A stretch of DNA of 64,000 bases. Origin: Bacteroidota bacterium (lineage in GTDB: Bacteria > Bacteroidota > Ignavibacteria > UBA10030). The stretch is taken from the NCBI GenBank assembly GCA_049523215.1, contig JBEKNC010000002.1:127963-191962 (forward strand). The letters run 5' to 3'. Below the pieces are notes generated by a model. It saw only the letters and a list, made by a program, of their open reading frames with translations. It made no database searches and was not told the origin of the DNA. The first letter of the stretch is position 1. Every line of letters begins with the position of its first letter. This document shows, piece after piece, positions 29,977 through 39,340 of the stretch. The position numbers and the translations under genes were made by a program.

Positions 29977-30510
29977 TTAGTGGTTGGAATCATCATGCCA
30001 TCGAACAATCATCCAGGGATCTTGCGTTCCCTGGCGCATCAATTGAAGGCTTGCATATCCATCAACGCGAACAATATCGCTCGCATTAAATGTCACCGTA
30101 AGATTAAATCCCCGGCTTATGGAAGCTTCTGTAGTGTAAGAATCTATAGACGATGAATCAATAATATTATTCCACACGAGATCCAAGCGCTGAACGCTCT
30201 GGAAGAGTCCGTACGTAGTTCGCATTTCCTCATCTCTTCCCCATGAAATTTCAGCACCACCGAGGTCATAGTCAGGATAAAGAAATATAAAGTTGCCATC
30301 GATAAGTTGTCCATAGATTGAGGTGTCACGAAACGTATAAGCGTATTTGAAATTCTGAAACACCCCATCGGGATTTTTCTGGTCACTCAAGAGCGGCGAT
30401 GTTTCTCCAGAAGAATCATCCAATCCCGGTGCAAACGGATTGCAGGAAACAAGAAATATCACAAGGGGTACCAAGAAAACAACAATTGTATGGAAATGTT
30501 TCTTGACCAT
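29977..30510 (-). CDS. hypothetical lipoprotein
   Basis: Lipobox …FLVSC followed by a roughly 150-aa domain. Paralogous to the next gene (shared W(M/S)I(V/R)RW(H/L)D block). Confidence 0.5.
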   Translation of the reverse strand: MVKKHFHTIVVFLVPLVIFLVSCNPFAPGLDDSSGETSPLLSDQKNPDGVFQNFKYAYTFRDTSIYGQLIDGNFIFLYPDYDLGGAEISWGRDEEMRTTYGLFQSVQRLDLVWNNIIDSSSIDSYTTEASISRGFNLTVTFNASDIVRVDGYASLQLMRQGTQDPWMIVRWHDDSNH

Positions 30511-30517
30511 CGCCCGC

Positions 30518-31093
30518 TCATGGTGCAAATGTGCCTTTTAAATCACTCCAGGTAGAATCGGAAGCATTCAGACCGATATCCAGCCATCGACGAATAGACC
30601 AGTTAGCGGATTGATCGCGTGCAAACACGAATTGGGCTCGGCCTTTGAAGTTTTTTGCTATGTTTGTTTCTGCAAGTGGAACGACCAACTGATACTCGGT
30701 TTCGACCTGCGTCGAGTCGACAAAATAAGTAGTCGTCAGCGTACCGAATGTCAATGTGATATAGGAATTCTGCTGAAGCTTATTCATCAATTGGTAAAAG
30801 TAATTTTCTTCCGACGTCTTATCCCATGAAGAAAACACGTTTCCATAGGTACTGTTGGATTTTGCAGGTTCAAAGATAAACGATGCATTCGAGAATGATT
30901 TCAAATAGTTTACTTCATTTTTATCACGAAACGAATCGACCATGTTCTGCAATACTTTTTCAGGGTCTGTCGGTGGCACATAAGTTGAACTCACCTGCGT
31001 GGGAGCATCAGCTGTTCTCGTTTTAAACAAATTGCAAGAGACCACAACAAAACATAGGATAATGCCAATCACCTCGTTTACTTTTCGCGGCAT
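30518..31093 (-). CDS. hypothetical lipoprotein (paralog of the 29977-30510 gene)
   Basis: Lipobox …VVVSC. Similar length and C-terminal block. Confidence 0.5.
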   Translation of the reverse strand: MPRKVNEVIGIILCFVVVSCNLFKTRTADAPTQVSSTYVPPTDPEKVLQNMVDSFRDKNEVNYLKSFSNASFIFEPAKSNSTYGNVFSSWDKTSEENYFYQLMNKLQQNSYITLTFGTLTTTYFVDSTQVETEYQLVVPLAETNIAKNFKGRAQFVFARDQSANWSIRRWLDIGLNASDSTWSDLKGTFAP

Positions 31094-31103
31094 CAGAACT
31101 CCT

Positions 31104-31703
31104 TTACACTGCAATACGACCTTCCAACGCTCTGGAAAGTGTTGCCTCGTCTGCAAATTCGAGATCAGAACCTACAGGTAAACCCCGCGCTATGCGGGTA
31201 ATTTTCATACCCAACGGTTTTAACAAACGGGAAAGATACAGCGTGGTCGCTTCACCCTCCACGTTGGGATTCAGCGCAAGGATAACTTCCTCGATGGTTG
31301 CGTTCGAAAGACGATGGAGCAATTCTTTGATCTTCAGATCATCCGGACCAATACCATCGAGCGGTGAAAGTGCACCGCCAAGTACATGATACAGACCTTT
31401 GAATTCGTGTGTCCTTTCGATGGCAATCACATCGTGTGGTTCTTCCACAACGCAAATGAATGATCGCTCACGTTTCGTATTAGAGCAGATTGCGCACGGA
31501 TCGGATTCCGTGATATTTGAACACACGGAGCAGTACCGCACCTTGTCTTTGACGTTGACCAATGCTTTTGCCAGCATAACGACTTCATCGCGCGACATCT
31601 TCAATACATAAAGCGCAAGACGATGTGCTGTCTTCCTTCCGATTCCTGGAAGCTGAGCGAATTGTTCTGCGAGTTGTTCAACTGATTCGGCAGTGTAAAA
31701 CAT
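31104..31703 (-). CDS. recR: recombination protein RecR
   Basis: HhH motif ([13 protein letters not shown]), a C4 zinc finger (CSVCSN…CAICSN), and a Toprim domain. Confidence 0.95.
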   Translation of the reverse strand: MFYTAESVEQLAEQFAQLPGIGRKTAHRLALYVLKMSRDEVVMLAKALVNVKDKVRYCSVCSNITESDPCAICSNTKRERSFICVVEEPHDVIAIERTHEFKGLYHVLGGALSPLDGIGPDDLKIKELLHRLSNATIEEVILALNPNVEGEATTLYLSRLLKPLGMKITRIARGLPVGSDLEFADEATLSRALEGRIAV

Positions 31704-31722
31704 AAAAAATCTCTCGTGAGAA

Positions 31723-32073
31723 TTATAAACCGGGGAGTTTCATACCGGGAATGTTCGGCATCATCCCGCCTGTCACTTTCTGCATTTCCTCCGCTGCCAT
31801 TGCAGTCGAACGTTCCAATACTTGATTCACTGCTGCAAGCACTAAGTCTTCCAGCATCTCTTTTTCATCCGGATTGATAACTTCTTTCTCGATTTCAATT
31901 TTCACAATGTGCTGTTTACCATTTGCCGTGGCCTTTACCATGCCTCCTCCGGATTCAGCAGTCACAATTTTGTTCTCTAATTCTGCTTGTACCAGATCCA
32001 TCTTTTCCTGCATTTTCTGTACTTGCTTCATCATCTGCTGCATATTCGGCATACCACCTTTGAACATTCTCAA
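31723..32073 (-). CDS. ybaB: nucleoid-associated protein YbaB/EbfC
   Basis: 116 aa with [15 protein letters not shown]…[16 protein letters not shown]…, canonical for YbaB. It sits upstream of recR, as in the common ybaB-recR arrangement. Confidence 0.9.
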   Translation of the reverse strand: MRMFKGGMPNMQQMMKQVQKMQEKMDLVQAELENKIVTAESGGGMVKATANGKQHIVKIEIEKEVINPDEKEMLEDLVLAAVNQVLERSTAMAAEEMQKVTGGMMPNIPGMKLPGL

Positions 32074-32226
32074 CTCTCCTCAATTTTCCATTTAAAAAAT
32101 TTTATGAGTCAATATACCCTGAAATGGAAGGAAAGTCAACGAACGGAATATTTCCATCGCTTCTTGACTTTCGGGAGAATTGCAGATATATTTATTCAAA
32201 GCTCATCAGTTACGGTGAGCTTTTCA

Positions 32227-32281
32227 ATTGATATTCCGCGATAGCTCCCCGCCTGAACGCATTGCGGGCAGGAATGGTGGA
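32227..32281 (+). pseudogene. partial copy of the tRNA-Asn 5' half, interrupted by a 25-bp hairpin insertion
   Basis: TTCCGCGATAGCTC + [CCCGCCTGAACGCATTGCGGGCAGG] + AATGGTGGAGCATCCGG equals tRNA positions 1-30. It diverges exactly at the anticodon-stem/loop boundary. Confidence 0.6.
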
Positions 32282-32379
32282 GCATCCGGTCCGATCATTG
32301 CTTTGCAATGATCTCGATCTCGTCCCGACAAAGTCGGACGGACTGTTGACCAAATTTGAAATAATAATTTGTAGTTCAT

Positions 32380-32454
32380 TCCGCGATAGCTCAATGGTGG
32401 AGCATCCGGCTGTTAACCGGAGGGTTGTAGGTTCGAGTCCTACTCGCGGAGCCA
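32380..32454 (+). tRNA. tRNA-Asn (anticodon GTT)
   Basis: Cloverleaf read by hand: 7-bp acceptor stem TCCGCGA/TCGCGGA, D arm GCTC…GAGC, anticodon stem TCCGG/CCGGA with loop CTGTTAA, T arm GTAGG-TTCGAGT-CCTAC, and an encoded CCA. Confidence 0.9.
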
Positions 32455-32653
32455 ACAAGCTTAAAATACGAACTCGGTTTTTGGGGATTTCTTTCGTATA
32501 TCACCTACATCATTCAGCAAATCCGACCTGAGCATGATTTTTAAGAAGGCTCATCAAGCACTAATTTGTAATTCGAATTACCATATAATTTTTATTAGCT
32601 TAATACTCGGTATCAACACGCTGTTGCACCCGTAAGCTTCTATTGATTGAGGA

Positions 32654-34909
32654 TTGATCATGAGATTATTTTGCAAAATTTTCATTGTATTAACCATTGG
32701 ACTATTCTACAACACTATTTTCGCCAAGGAAAAGTTTTCCTGGTCAAGCGGTCAATTTATCGTTGACATTGTAGACAGTAAATTTACAATTTATGAAGAC
32801 AAGATAAAAATAGTGACGATTTCTTCCATCAATTTCAATTTTACACCTCCGAAATCGATTTTCATTGCTGCACAAACCAAAAACAAGCTCACCCTGACCT
32901 TCACCTATCCTCCCGAAGTCCTGTATCGTGACCAATTGCTGGATCTGAATACGATGGTAGAAATAACAGCGTCGGATCACACTCTCCATTTTCAGGGTAG
33001 CCCCAAATGGGCGACCAGCTGCACCATTCGTATGGAAGACAACGGCGAACGTTATTTCGGCATTCTTGAGCCGTTGTATCCGGACAATAGCAAATCACCT
33101 GATCTTCGAGGCAAGGTCGTCGACGTCGAAATAAATGGTGATGCAAATTTATATTTTGAAAATTATGCTTCTGCCTGGTCGGCTTTCTACATGACCAATA
33201 AAGGATATGCATCATTTTTTGACAGTTTTGCACGCGGAAAATATCGACTGGGAATTAATAACGAGACAGAACTTTTCCATCGAACCGATAAATTGGATTG
33301 GTACTTGTTCACCGGAAAAAACGGCGACGAGATTATGAAAGCGTATTACACCGTTATTGGCAAACCAAAATTCGTTCCGATGTGGGCGTGCGGCCCGATT
33401 GGATGGCGCGACGAGAACAAAGGCGGGAAAGATGAAATTCTTGACGATATCAAGAAAATGACCGATCTAAGAATACCCTTCACCGGATGGTGGGTCGATA
33501 GGCCGTACAGCCATGGTGCACAGGAATGGACAAAAATGGATTTCAACGAACGATTTGCCAATCCACAGGATTGGATTAGTACAATTAGAAATACTTATGG
33601 AATGGAATTTATGACATGGGTTGGCTCAATGACATTTGACGATTCAGACTTCCCGGCATATCAGTACAACGCAGAAGGTTATTTCGATCTCTCAAATCCG
33701 GATGCTATCAGAGAATTCGGCAGCCGTTTAAAAAAATACCAATATTCTGTCGGGGTGCGAGGACATAAAATGGATCGAGCAGACCAGCGTTATCCACTTC
33801 ATATCCCATGGTACGATAAGACACTGGAAGCTGAACAGCGAAATAAATACGTCTATCTTTTTTCCACAACAATCGACAGTCTGCTACGCGACGCGTGGGG
33901 TGAAAATCAATTTAACTTCGCACGAGCTGCATTTCACCGATGTCAACCCTCTTTATCGGCAGTGTGGGGTGGCGACTCGCGGTCGAGCTGGGATGGCATG
34001 GCAGCAAATCTCGCAAATGCAATCCGTTGCAGCTTCATGGGATTTCCCGTCTGGGGTTCCGATGTCGGCGGATATTTAGGCGGTCAAATTCCGGAAAATC
34101 TCTATGCACGCTGGCTACAGTTCGGTGCATGGAGCGGCCTCTACGAAATAAAAATCGATGATGCAGGCGGAAAAAGAGCAGATCGAGTTCCATGGAAATA
34201 TTCCAAGAGACTCCAAACTATTTTCAAGGATTATACGACACAGAGGATGGAAATGCAGCCCTTCTACTATTCTCTGGCAAATACGTCGTGTAAAAACGGG
34301 CCTATCATGAAACCTCTTGCGTACGTGTTCCCCGATGATAAAAAATCTTTCTCTCTCTGGAATGAGTACATGGTAGGTAACGCGTTCCTTGTCGCCCCGA
34401 TCCTTGATTCCATGAATTATAAATCGGTTTACTTGCCGAGCGGCACGTGGTATGATTACTACGACTTCAGCAAAGTGTTCGAAGGAAATAAAGAGATCGA
34501 TGCGGCTTATCCTTTGGAACTGATCCCCGTTTTCGTGAGAGCCAACTCGATCTATATCACCGGCACTCTTCTCGCAGGCAATTCAAAATTGTGGAACGTC
34601 GATTCGACTGCAAAAGGATTGAAGATTTATGTATTCCCCGGAAAAAACAATGAAACTGCAATGTTCGATTATGTCGACTATCTGGATAGCAACAAAGAAA
34701 AACAACTCTCCATCATCAACAAGAATCGATCGATTGTCTTTGCTTCTCAACCCCTAGCATCGGATGCACTATTACTTCTCAAGCTGGAAGATGAACCTTC
34801 GAAAGTAATGATGAATGGTACAACCGGCACGTATAGCTGGGATGCAGGTCAAGGTTTCGTGAGAATTGAATTGAAGAAGAATATGAAATATAAAATCTCC
34901 ATCAATTAA
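32654..34909 (+). CDS. secreted glycoside hydrolase family 31 (alpha-glucosidase/alpha-xylosidase-like)
   Basis: Signal peptide. The GH31 catalytic region has …FTGWWVDRPY… and …VWGGDSRSSWDGMAANLANAIRCSFMGFPVWGSDVGGY…. Confidence 0.8.
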   Translation: MIMRLFCKIFIVLTIGLFYNTIFAKEKFSWSSGQFIVDIVDSKFTIYEDKIKIVTISSINFNFTPPKSIFIAAQTKNKLTLTFTYPPEVLYRDQLLDLNTMVEITASDHTLHFQGSPKWATSCTIRMEDNGERYFGILEPLYPDNSKSPDLRGKVVDVEINGDANLYFENYASAWSAFYMTNKGYASFFDSFARGKYRLGINNETELFHRTDKLDWYLFTGKNGDEIMKAYYTVIGKPKFVPMWACGPIGWRDENKGGKDEILDDIKKMTDLRIPFTGWWVDRPYSHGAQEWTKMDFNERFANPQDWISTIRNTYGMEFMTWVGSMTFDDSDFPAYQYNAEGYFDLSNPDAIREFGSRLKKYQYSVGVRGHKMDRADQRYPLHIPWYDKTLEAEQRNKYVYLFSTTIDSLLRDAWGENQFNFARAAFHRCQPSLSAVWGGDSRSSWDGMAANLANAIRCSFMGFPVWGSDVGGYLGGQIPENLYARWLQFGAWSGLYEIKIDDAGGKRADRVPWKYSKRLQTIFKDYTTQRMEMQPFYYSLANTSCKNGPIMKPLAYVFPDDKKSFSLWNEYMVGNAFLVAPILDSMNYKSVYLPSGTWYDYYDFSKVFEGNKEIDAAYPLELIPVFVRANSIYITGTLLAGNSKLWNVDSTAKGLKIYVFPGKNNETAMFDYVDYLDSNKEKQLSIINKNRSIVFASQPLASDALLLLKLEDEPSKVMMNGTTGTYSWDAGQGFVRIELKKNMKYKISIN

Positions 34910-35168
34910 GAAATCAGTACACGCCTGCATGCAATGAAGAAAAATACCATGCAAAACATCGTGCTCAAAGAATTTGTGCAGTACGAATTATCCTGATTGT
35001 GAGGAGTATATTCATCAAACATCGGTCCATGGCAATATTCCGCCGTTTTTTCCCACTGTTGCTTTCATGTCTTTCAATCCGGCACTTTTTCCCTTCTGAG
35101 AATTTGATTTGGAGAAAAAATACACGACATTACAGTAGGTATTGTAAAAATTGTTGAAAGAGTTATAG

Positions 35169-36992
35169 ATGGAAAATTCGCAGGTGCATACATTTCATAT
35201 TCCCGTTTTGGGATTAGCATACTCTATCGATACGCCTATCCGCGTTGGACGGTTCGGCATTTCGTCGGTTATATCGATTGTCGATGACATTCTGATTGAA
35301 CATATGCGAAAGCATTATGCTCACCTTCATGGAGAATCCTATATTCCGATTACTGTACGGGATGAAGATTACCGCGCACGTAGAATCACTGCCTATCTCA
35401 ACCTCGTTCAGAAAATCGTTCAGAAACAAATCGCTGCCCTCAAGGTTTCGGCGTTTGAAAAAGGAAGCGATATTGTAAAGTATTTCGAAATGTTGTCTGA
35501 GCATTCACCTCTGAAAGCGTTGTATCATCGGATGCTCCATACGAATGACACCACCAAACAATCTGAGTTGCAGGATGAACTGCGGATCAAGATAGTCCCC
35601 GGTGACATCGACGTGAACATCATGACGAAACTCGACAAGGTGAATACCGGGCGAAATCAAGAACAGCTACCTATGGAGTTTACGGATGCGCTTGCATCGT
35701 TACGCGGATTTGCACTCAGCGACCTCAATTCGTCGGTTATTCTCTCTGCAGGATTGAATCCTCGGTTGTTTAGTTACATGGGACAACGTCCCGAATTTTT
35801 CCCTGATGAAAACGGCAGTCTGAGGAAAAGGGTTATCCTCAAAGTCAGCGATTATCGCTCTGCTCTTATCCAGGGAAAAATCCTTGCAAAGAAAGGAATT
35901 TGGATTTCAGAATTCCGTATTGAATCCGGATTGAATTGCGGCGGTCATGCTTTTCCTTCGCAAGGATTTTTGCTCGGACCAATTCTCGAAGATTTCAAAA
36001 CTCATCGGACATCACTGCTGTCAGAATTACATCAAATCTATGCCGTGGCATTACAAGAAAAAGGAATTCCTCTTCCTCCCTCTATGCCGTTTCGAATAAC
36101 CGTGCAAGGCGGAATAGGTACAGCAAAGGAAGACACGTTCTTGCGAGAATATTACTGTGTCGAAGGAACAGGCTGGGGATCACCGTTCCTCCTTGTCCCT
36201 GAAGCAACCAATGTTGACGAGAGAACAAGACAGATGCTTGCTCATGCTGGGAGAGAAGATTATTACATCAGCGATGCTTCACCTCTTGGAGTACCATTTA
36301 ACAATCTTCGAGGAAGCACGAGCGATCTGCTTATACAACAGCGCGCCAACGATGGAAAACCCGGGAGCAAGTGCACAAAGAAGTTCCTCGTCTCCAATAC
36401 AGAATTTACTACAGAGCCAATATGTACTGCATCCAGCCAATATCAGGAACTCAAGATTGACCAACTGAAAAAACAGAATCTCTCACCAAACATCCTTTTA
36501 GAAAAAATTGCGAGAGTAGTTGAAAAAGCATGTCTCTGCGAAGACCTTGCTGCATCCGGACTCATCAATAGTAATGGGCATGAACCAGCGAAAGAACGTG
36601 CTGTTGCTGTGTGCCCAGGACCGAATCTTGCCTACTTCTCAAAGATTGCCTCGCTGGAAGAGATGGTTGGACATATCTACGGACGCTTACAGCTTCTGAC
36701 CGACCCGAATCGCCCAAACTTGTTCATCAACGAGTTGAGGTTGTATGTGGATTATATGAAACAAGAGATTCAGAAACGCCTCGACTCGTGGAATGCAAAA
36801 GAACAAAAATATTTCGATACATACCGAAAGAATCTTCAGGATGGCATCGCACATTACAAGGCATTAATACCGAAACTGATAGAAGAGACGGAACGCTACC
36901 GAGAAACAATGCGAAATGAATTGCTGGCGTTGGAACAAGAACTTCTGGATATTGTTTTCCCTGCTATTGCTGTGCCGGAGTACGCACATTAA
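35169..36992 (+). CDS. hypothetical protein (607 aa)
   Basis: Long ORF with consistent coding character. I recognise no family. Confidence 0.55.
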   Translation: MENSQVHTFHIPVLGLAYSIDTPIRVGRFGISSVISIVDDILIEHMRKHYAHLHGESYIPITVRDEDYRARRITAYLNLVQKIVQKQIAALKVSAFEKGSDIVKYFEMLSEHSPLKALYHRMLHTNDTTKQSELQDELRIKIVPGDIDVNIMTKLDKVNTGRNQEQLPMEFTDALASLRGFALSDLNSSVILSAGLNPRLFSYMGQRPEFFPDENGSLRKRVILKVSDYRSALIQGKILAKKGIWISEFRIESGLNCGGHAFPSQGFLLGPILEDFKTHRTSLLSELHQIYAVALQEKGIPLPPSMPFRITVQGGIGTAKEDTFLREYYCVEGTGWGSPFLLVPEATNVDERTRQMLAHAGREDYYISDASPLGVPFNNLRGSTSDLLIQQRANDGKPGSKCTKKFLVSNTEFTTEPICTASSQYQELKIDQLKKQNLSPNILLEKIARVVEKACLCEDLAASGLINSNGHEPAKERAVAVCPGPNLAYFSKIASLEEMVGHIYGRLQLLTDPNRPNLFINELRLYVDYMKQEIQKRLDSWNAKEQKYFDTYRKNLQDGIAHYKALIPKLIEETERYRETMRNELLALEQELLDIVFPAIAVPEYAH

Positions 36993-38431
36993 TTGCTCTT
37001 GAGCACAAAGCGGAACACACTCCCTTCCCCCACTGTACTTTCCACAGTAACCGAGCTGCTGTGCGCTTCAATAATGTGTTTGACAATTGCAAGACCGAGT
37101 CCGGTGCCACCGAGTGCGCGTGATCGGTCGCTATCAACGCGATAAAATCGTTCGAAGATTCTTGATAAGTGTTCTTGCGGAATTCCCACGCCGGTATCTT
37201 TCACGCTGATTTGAATTCCGTTTGCAACCTTTTCAGATGAGAGAACAACCTCGCCACCCTGTTTATTATAATTGATGGCATTGGTCAGAAGATTATTGAG
37301 AACTTGTCGTAATCGTTCACGATCTCCAAAGACCTCGTCTTCACTGGTTGTGTTCAACAATAATCGCAGTGCAACACGATGGTGTGCAGAAATTGTTTCA
37401 TATTCTTTGTAGACCGACTCAATAAATTCATTCACACGGAAAATGCGGAAGCTCATTTTCATTTCGCCGGATTCGATTTGAGAGATATTAATGAGATCTT
37501 CCAGCAATGTATTCAATCGATCAAGATTCGTTTGTGCTTTTTCTAAAAATGAGCGGTTCACAGAAGCATCATCGACCGCACCGCCAAGAAGTGTCTCCAA
37601 GTATCCTTGCACAGCAAAAATAGGCGTGCGAAGTTCGTGCGAAACATTTCCCAGAAATTGACTTCGTACCTGTTCTAACTTTTTCAATTGGATGATATCG
37701 GCTTTGAGTTTTTCAACAAGTTCATTGATCGCCTTTGCTGTTAGTCCGATTTCATCATTCGACTTCACTGAAAGCCGGGCATCTAAATCACCCGCACGAA
37801 CCCGTTCTACATCGCGAACTATCTGCGTCATGGGATATGTAATGCGGCGTGAAATAAATACACTGACGAGGATGATCGCCAATAAAACTCCAAATCCGGC
37901 AACAATCACAATAGAACGAATCTGATCGATCTGCCTCTGTACTTGCTCGTACGGTACACTCAATCTGATATAACGAAGATTCTGAAAGAGAGAATGTATT
38001 GGAGATTTCTTCACCTCTTTTGCCATATATAAAAAATCACGATCGACCGTTGCGCTGCGACGAATGTCGTGACCAATGCCGATACGTCTCGCTTGTTGTA
38101 CTTCCGGACGATCCAAATGATTCTTCACCTTGGCGATTTCCGGAAACGGTACATCGGAATCGGCCAATACATTTCCAAGGTCATCAATGAGAGTGATACG
38201 TAAATGTTCAAGACCGCCAACCTGTTTAACTTGTGCATTCAATTGTGCAAAGGATTGTGTAGAATCTTCCTGTAAAATGTAAAAAACTAAGTCCGCCTGT
38301 CGACTCAGTTCGCTCACTAATCGTTCTTTTAAATTCGATTCCATCCAAAGACTGGTGAATATCCCGAGACTTGCTACAATCAGCACAGCAAACACAACAT
38401 ACGTAGTAGTTATTTTTGTTTGTAGTTTCAT
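36989..38431 (-). CDS. sensor histidine kinase (two TM helices, periplasmic domain, HAMP, HisKA, HATPase_c)
   Basis: H-box NVSHELRTPIFAV. N/G boxes NLLTNAINY…DTGVGIP…GGTGLGLAI. Confidence 0.85.
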   Translation of the reverse strand: MKLQTKITTTYVVFAVLIVASLGIFTSLWMESNLKERLVSELSRQADLVFYILQEDSTQSFAQLNAQVKQVGGLEHLRITLIDDLGNVLADSDVPFPEIAKVKNHLDRPEVQQARRIGIGHDIRRSATVDRDFLYMAKEVKKSPIHSLFQNLRYIRLSVPYEQVQRQIDQIRSIVIVAGFGVLLAIILVSVFISRRITYPMTQIVRDVERVRAGDLDARLSVKSNDEIGLTAKAINELVEKLKADIIQLKKLEQVRSQFLGNVSHELRTPIFAVQGYLETLLGGAVDDASVNRSFLEKAQTNLDRLNTLLEDLINISQIESGEMKMSFRIFRVNEFIESVYKEYETISAHHRVALRLLLNTTSEDEVFGDRERLRQVLNNLLTNAINYNKQGGEVVLSSEKVANGIQISVKDTGVGIPQEHLSRIFERFYRVDSDRSRALGGTGLGLAIVKHIIEAHSSSVTVESTVGEGSVFRFVLKSN

Positions 38432-38434
38432 TAA

Positions 38435-39124
38435 CTATGCCTTGAATCGATATCCCACACCAGGGACAGTTTCAATGTACTCTGCATAGCTGCCGAGTTT
38501 CTCGCGGATTTTTCTTATATGAACATCTATCGTTCTATCCACAACATGAACATTCTCTCCCCAGACTGCATTCAGAATGGATTCCCGTGAAAGCACTCTG
38601 CCCTTATTGCGGATAAGGTACACGAGGGTTTCAAACTCTTTCCTCGGGAGTATGAGCTTTTGTTTTCCAAGATGCGCCGTGTAACTGGAAACGTTAATTT
38701 CCAATTCCTTTATTTTGATCAGATCGACTTGAGGTAACAATTCTTTAGCTGATTGTTCTTTCCGCCGAAGTGCTGCGTGTACTCGGGCAACGATCTTGCC
38801 AATTTTTACCGGCTTTACAATATAGTCATCTGCCCCCACTTCCAGTCCGACTATTTCATCGGTCTCCGATCCTTTTGCAGTAAGCAAGACGACTGGAATG
38901 GAAGCTGTACTCTTTTCCTTTCTTAATTCTTGAATCACCTGCAGTCCGTTCATCTCTGGCATCATCACATCCAGAATAATCAGGTCTGGTTTCTGTCGTG
39001 CGCGGTCAAGGGCATCGCGCCCGTTGCGGGCTGTAATTACCGAAAATCCTTCTTTGGTAAGATTATAGGATAAAAGGTCGACGATGTCTTTTTCGTCATC
39101 TACGACAAGTATAGTTTTTTTCAT
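38435..39124 (-). CDS. OmpR/PhoB-family response regulator
   Basis: Receiver domain (VVDDEKDI…D…) plus a C-terminal winged-helix trans_reg_C domain (…VWGENVHVVDRTIDVHIRKIREKL…GYRF). Confidence 0.9.
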   Translation of the reverse strand: MKKTILVVDDEKDIVDLLSYNLTKEGFSVITARNGRDALDRARQKPDLIILDVMMPEMNGLQVIQELRKEKSTASIPVVLLTAKGSETDEIVGLEVGADDYIVKPVKIGKIVARVHAALRRKEQSAKELLPQVDLIKIKELEINVSSYTAHLGKQKLILPRKEFETLVYLIRNKGRVLSRESILNAVWGENVHVVDRTIDVHIRKIREKLGSYAEYIETVPGVGYRFKA

Positions 39125-39340
39125 AAGAGATATCAGCCCGGCTTAGTGAACCACCTACAATATAGAGGACGAAGCGTTCTATTTCAAGCTACAATATTTT
39201 TATAATTTATAAAAAAGCAGTCAATTCGACAAAGTACAATCTCGATTATCCTTGCGAGTTGAGAGTGTGAATCGTAAATTGTCAATAAAGCAAGTTAAAA
39301 AATTCAACTTGAGATAAGCACTACACACGGGTAATCACTT

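Noticed and set aside
32210-32458. ORF-track CDS (82 aa, minus strand) overlapping tRNA-Asn
   Set aside because: Its translation contains GLEPTT, the typical signature of a tRNA read in a protein frame. It overlaps the tRNA and its partial copy.
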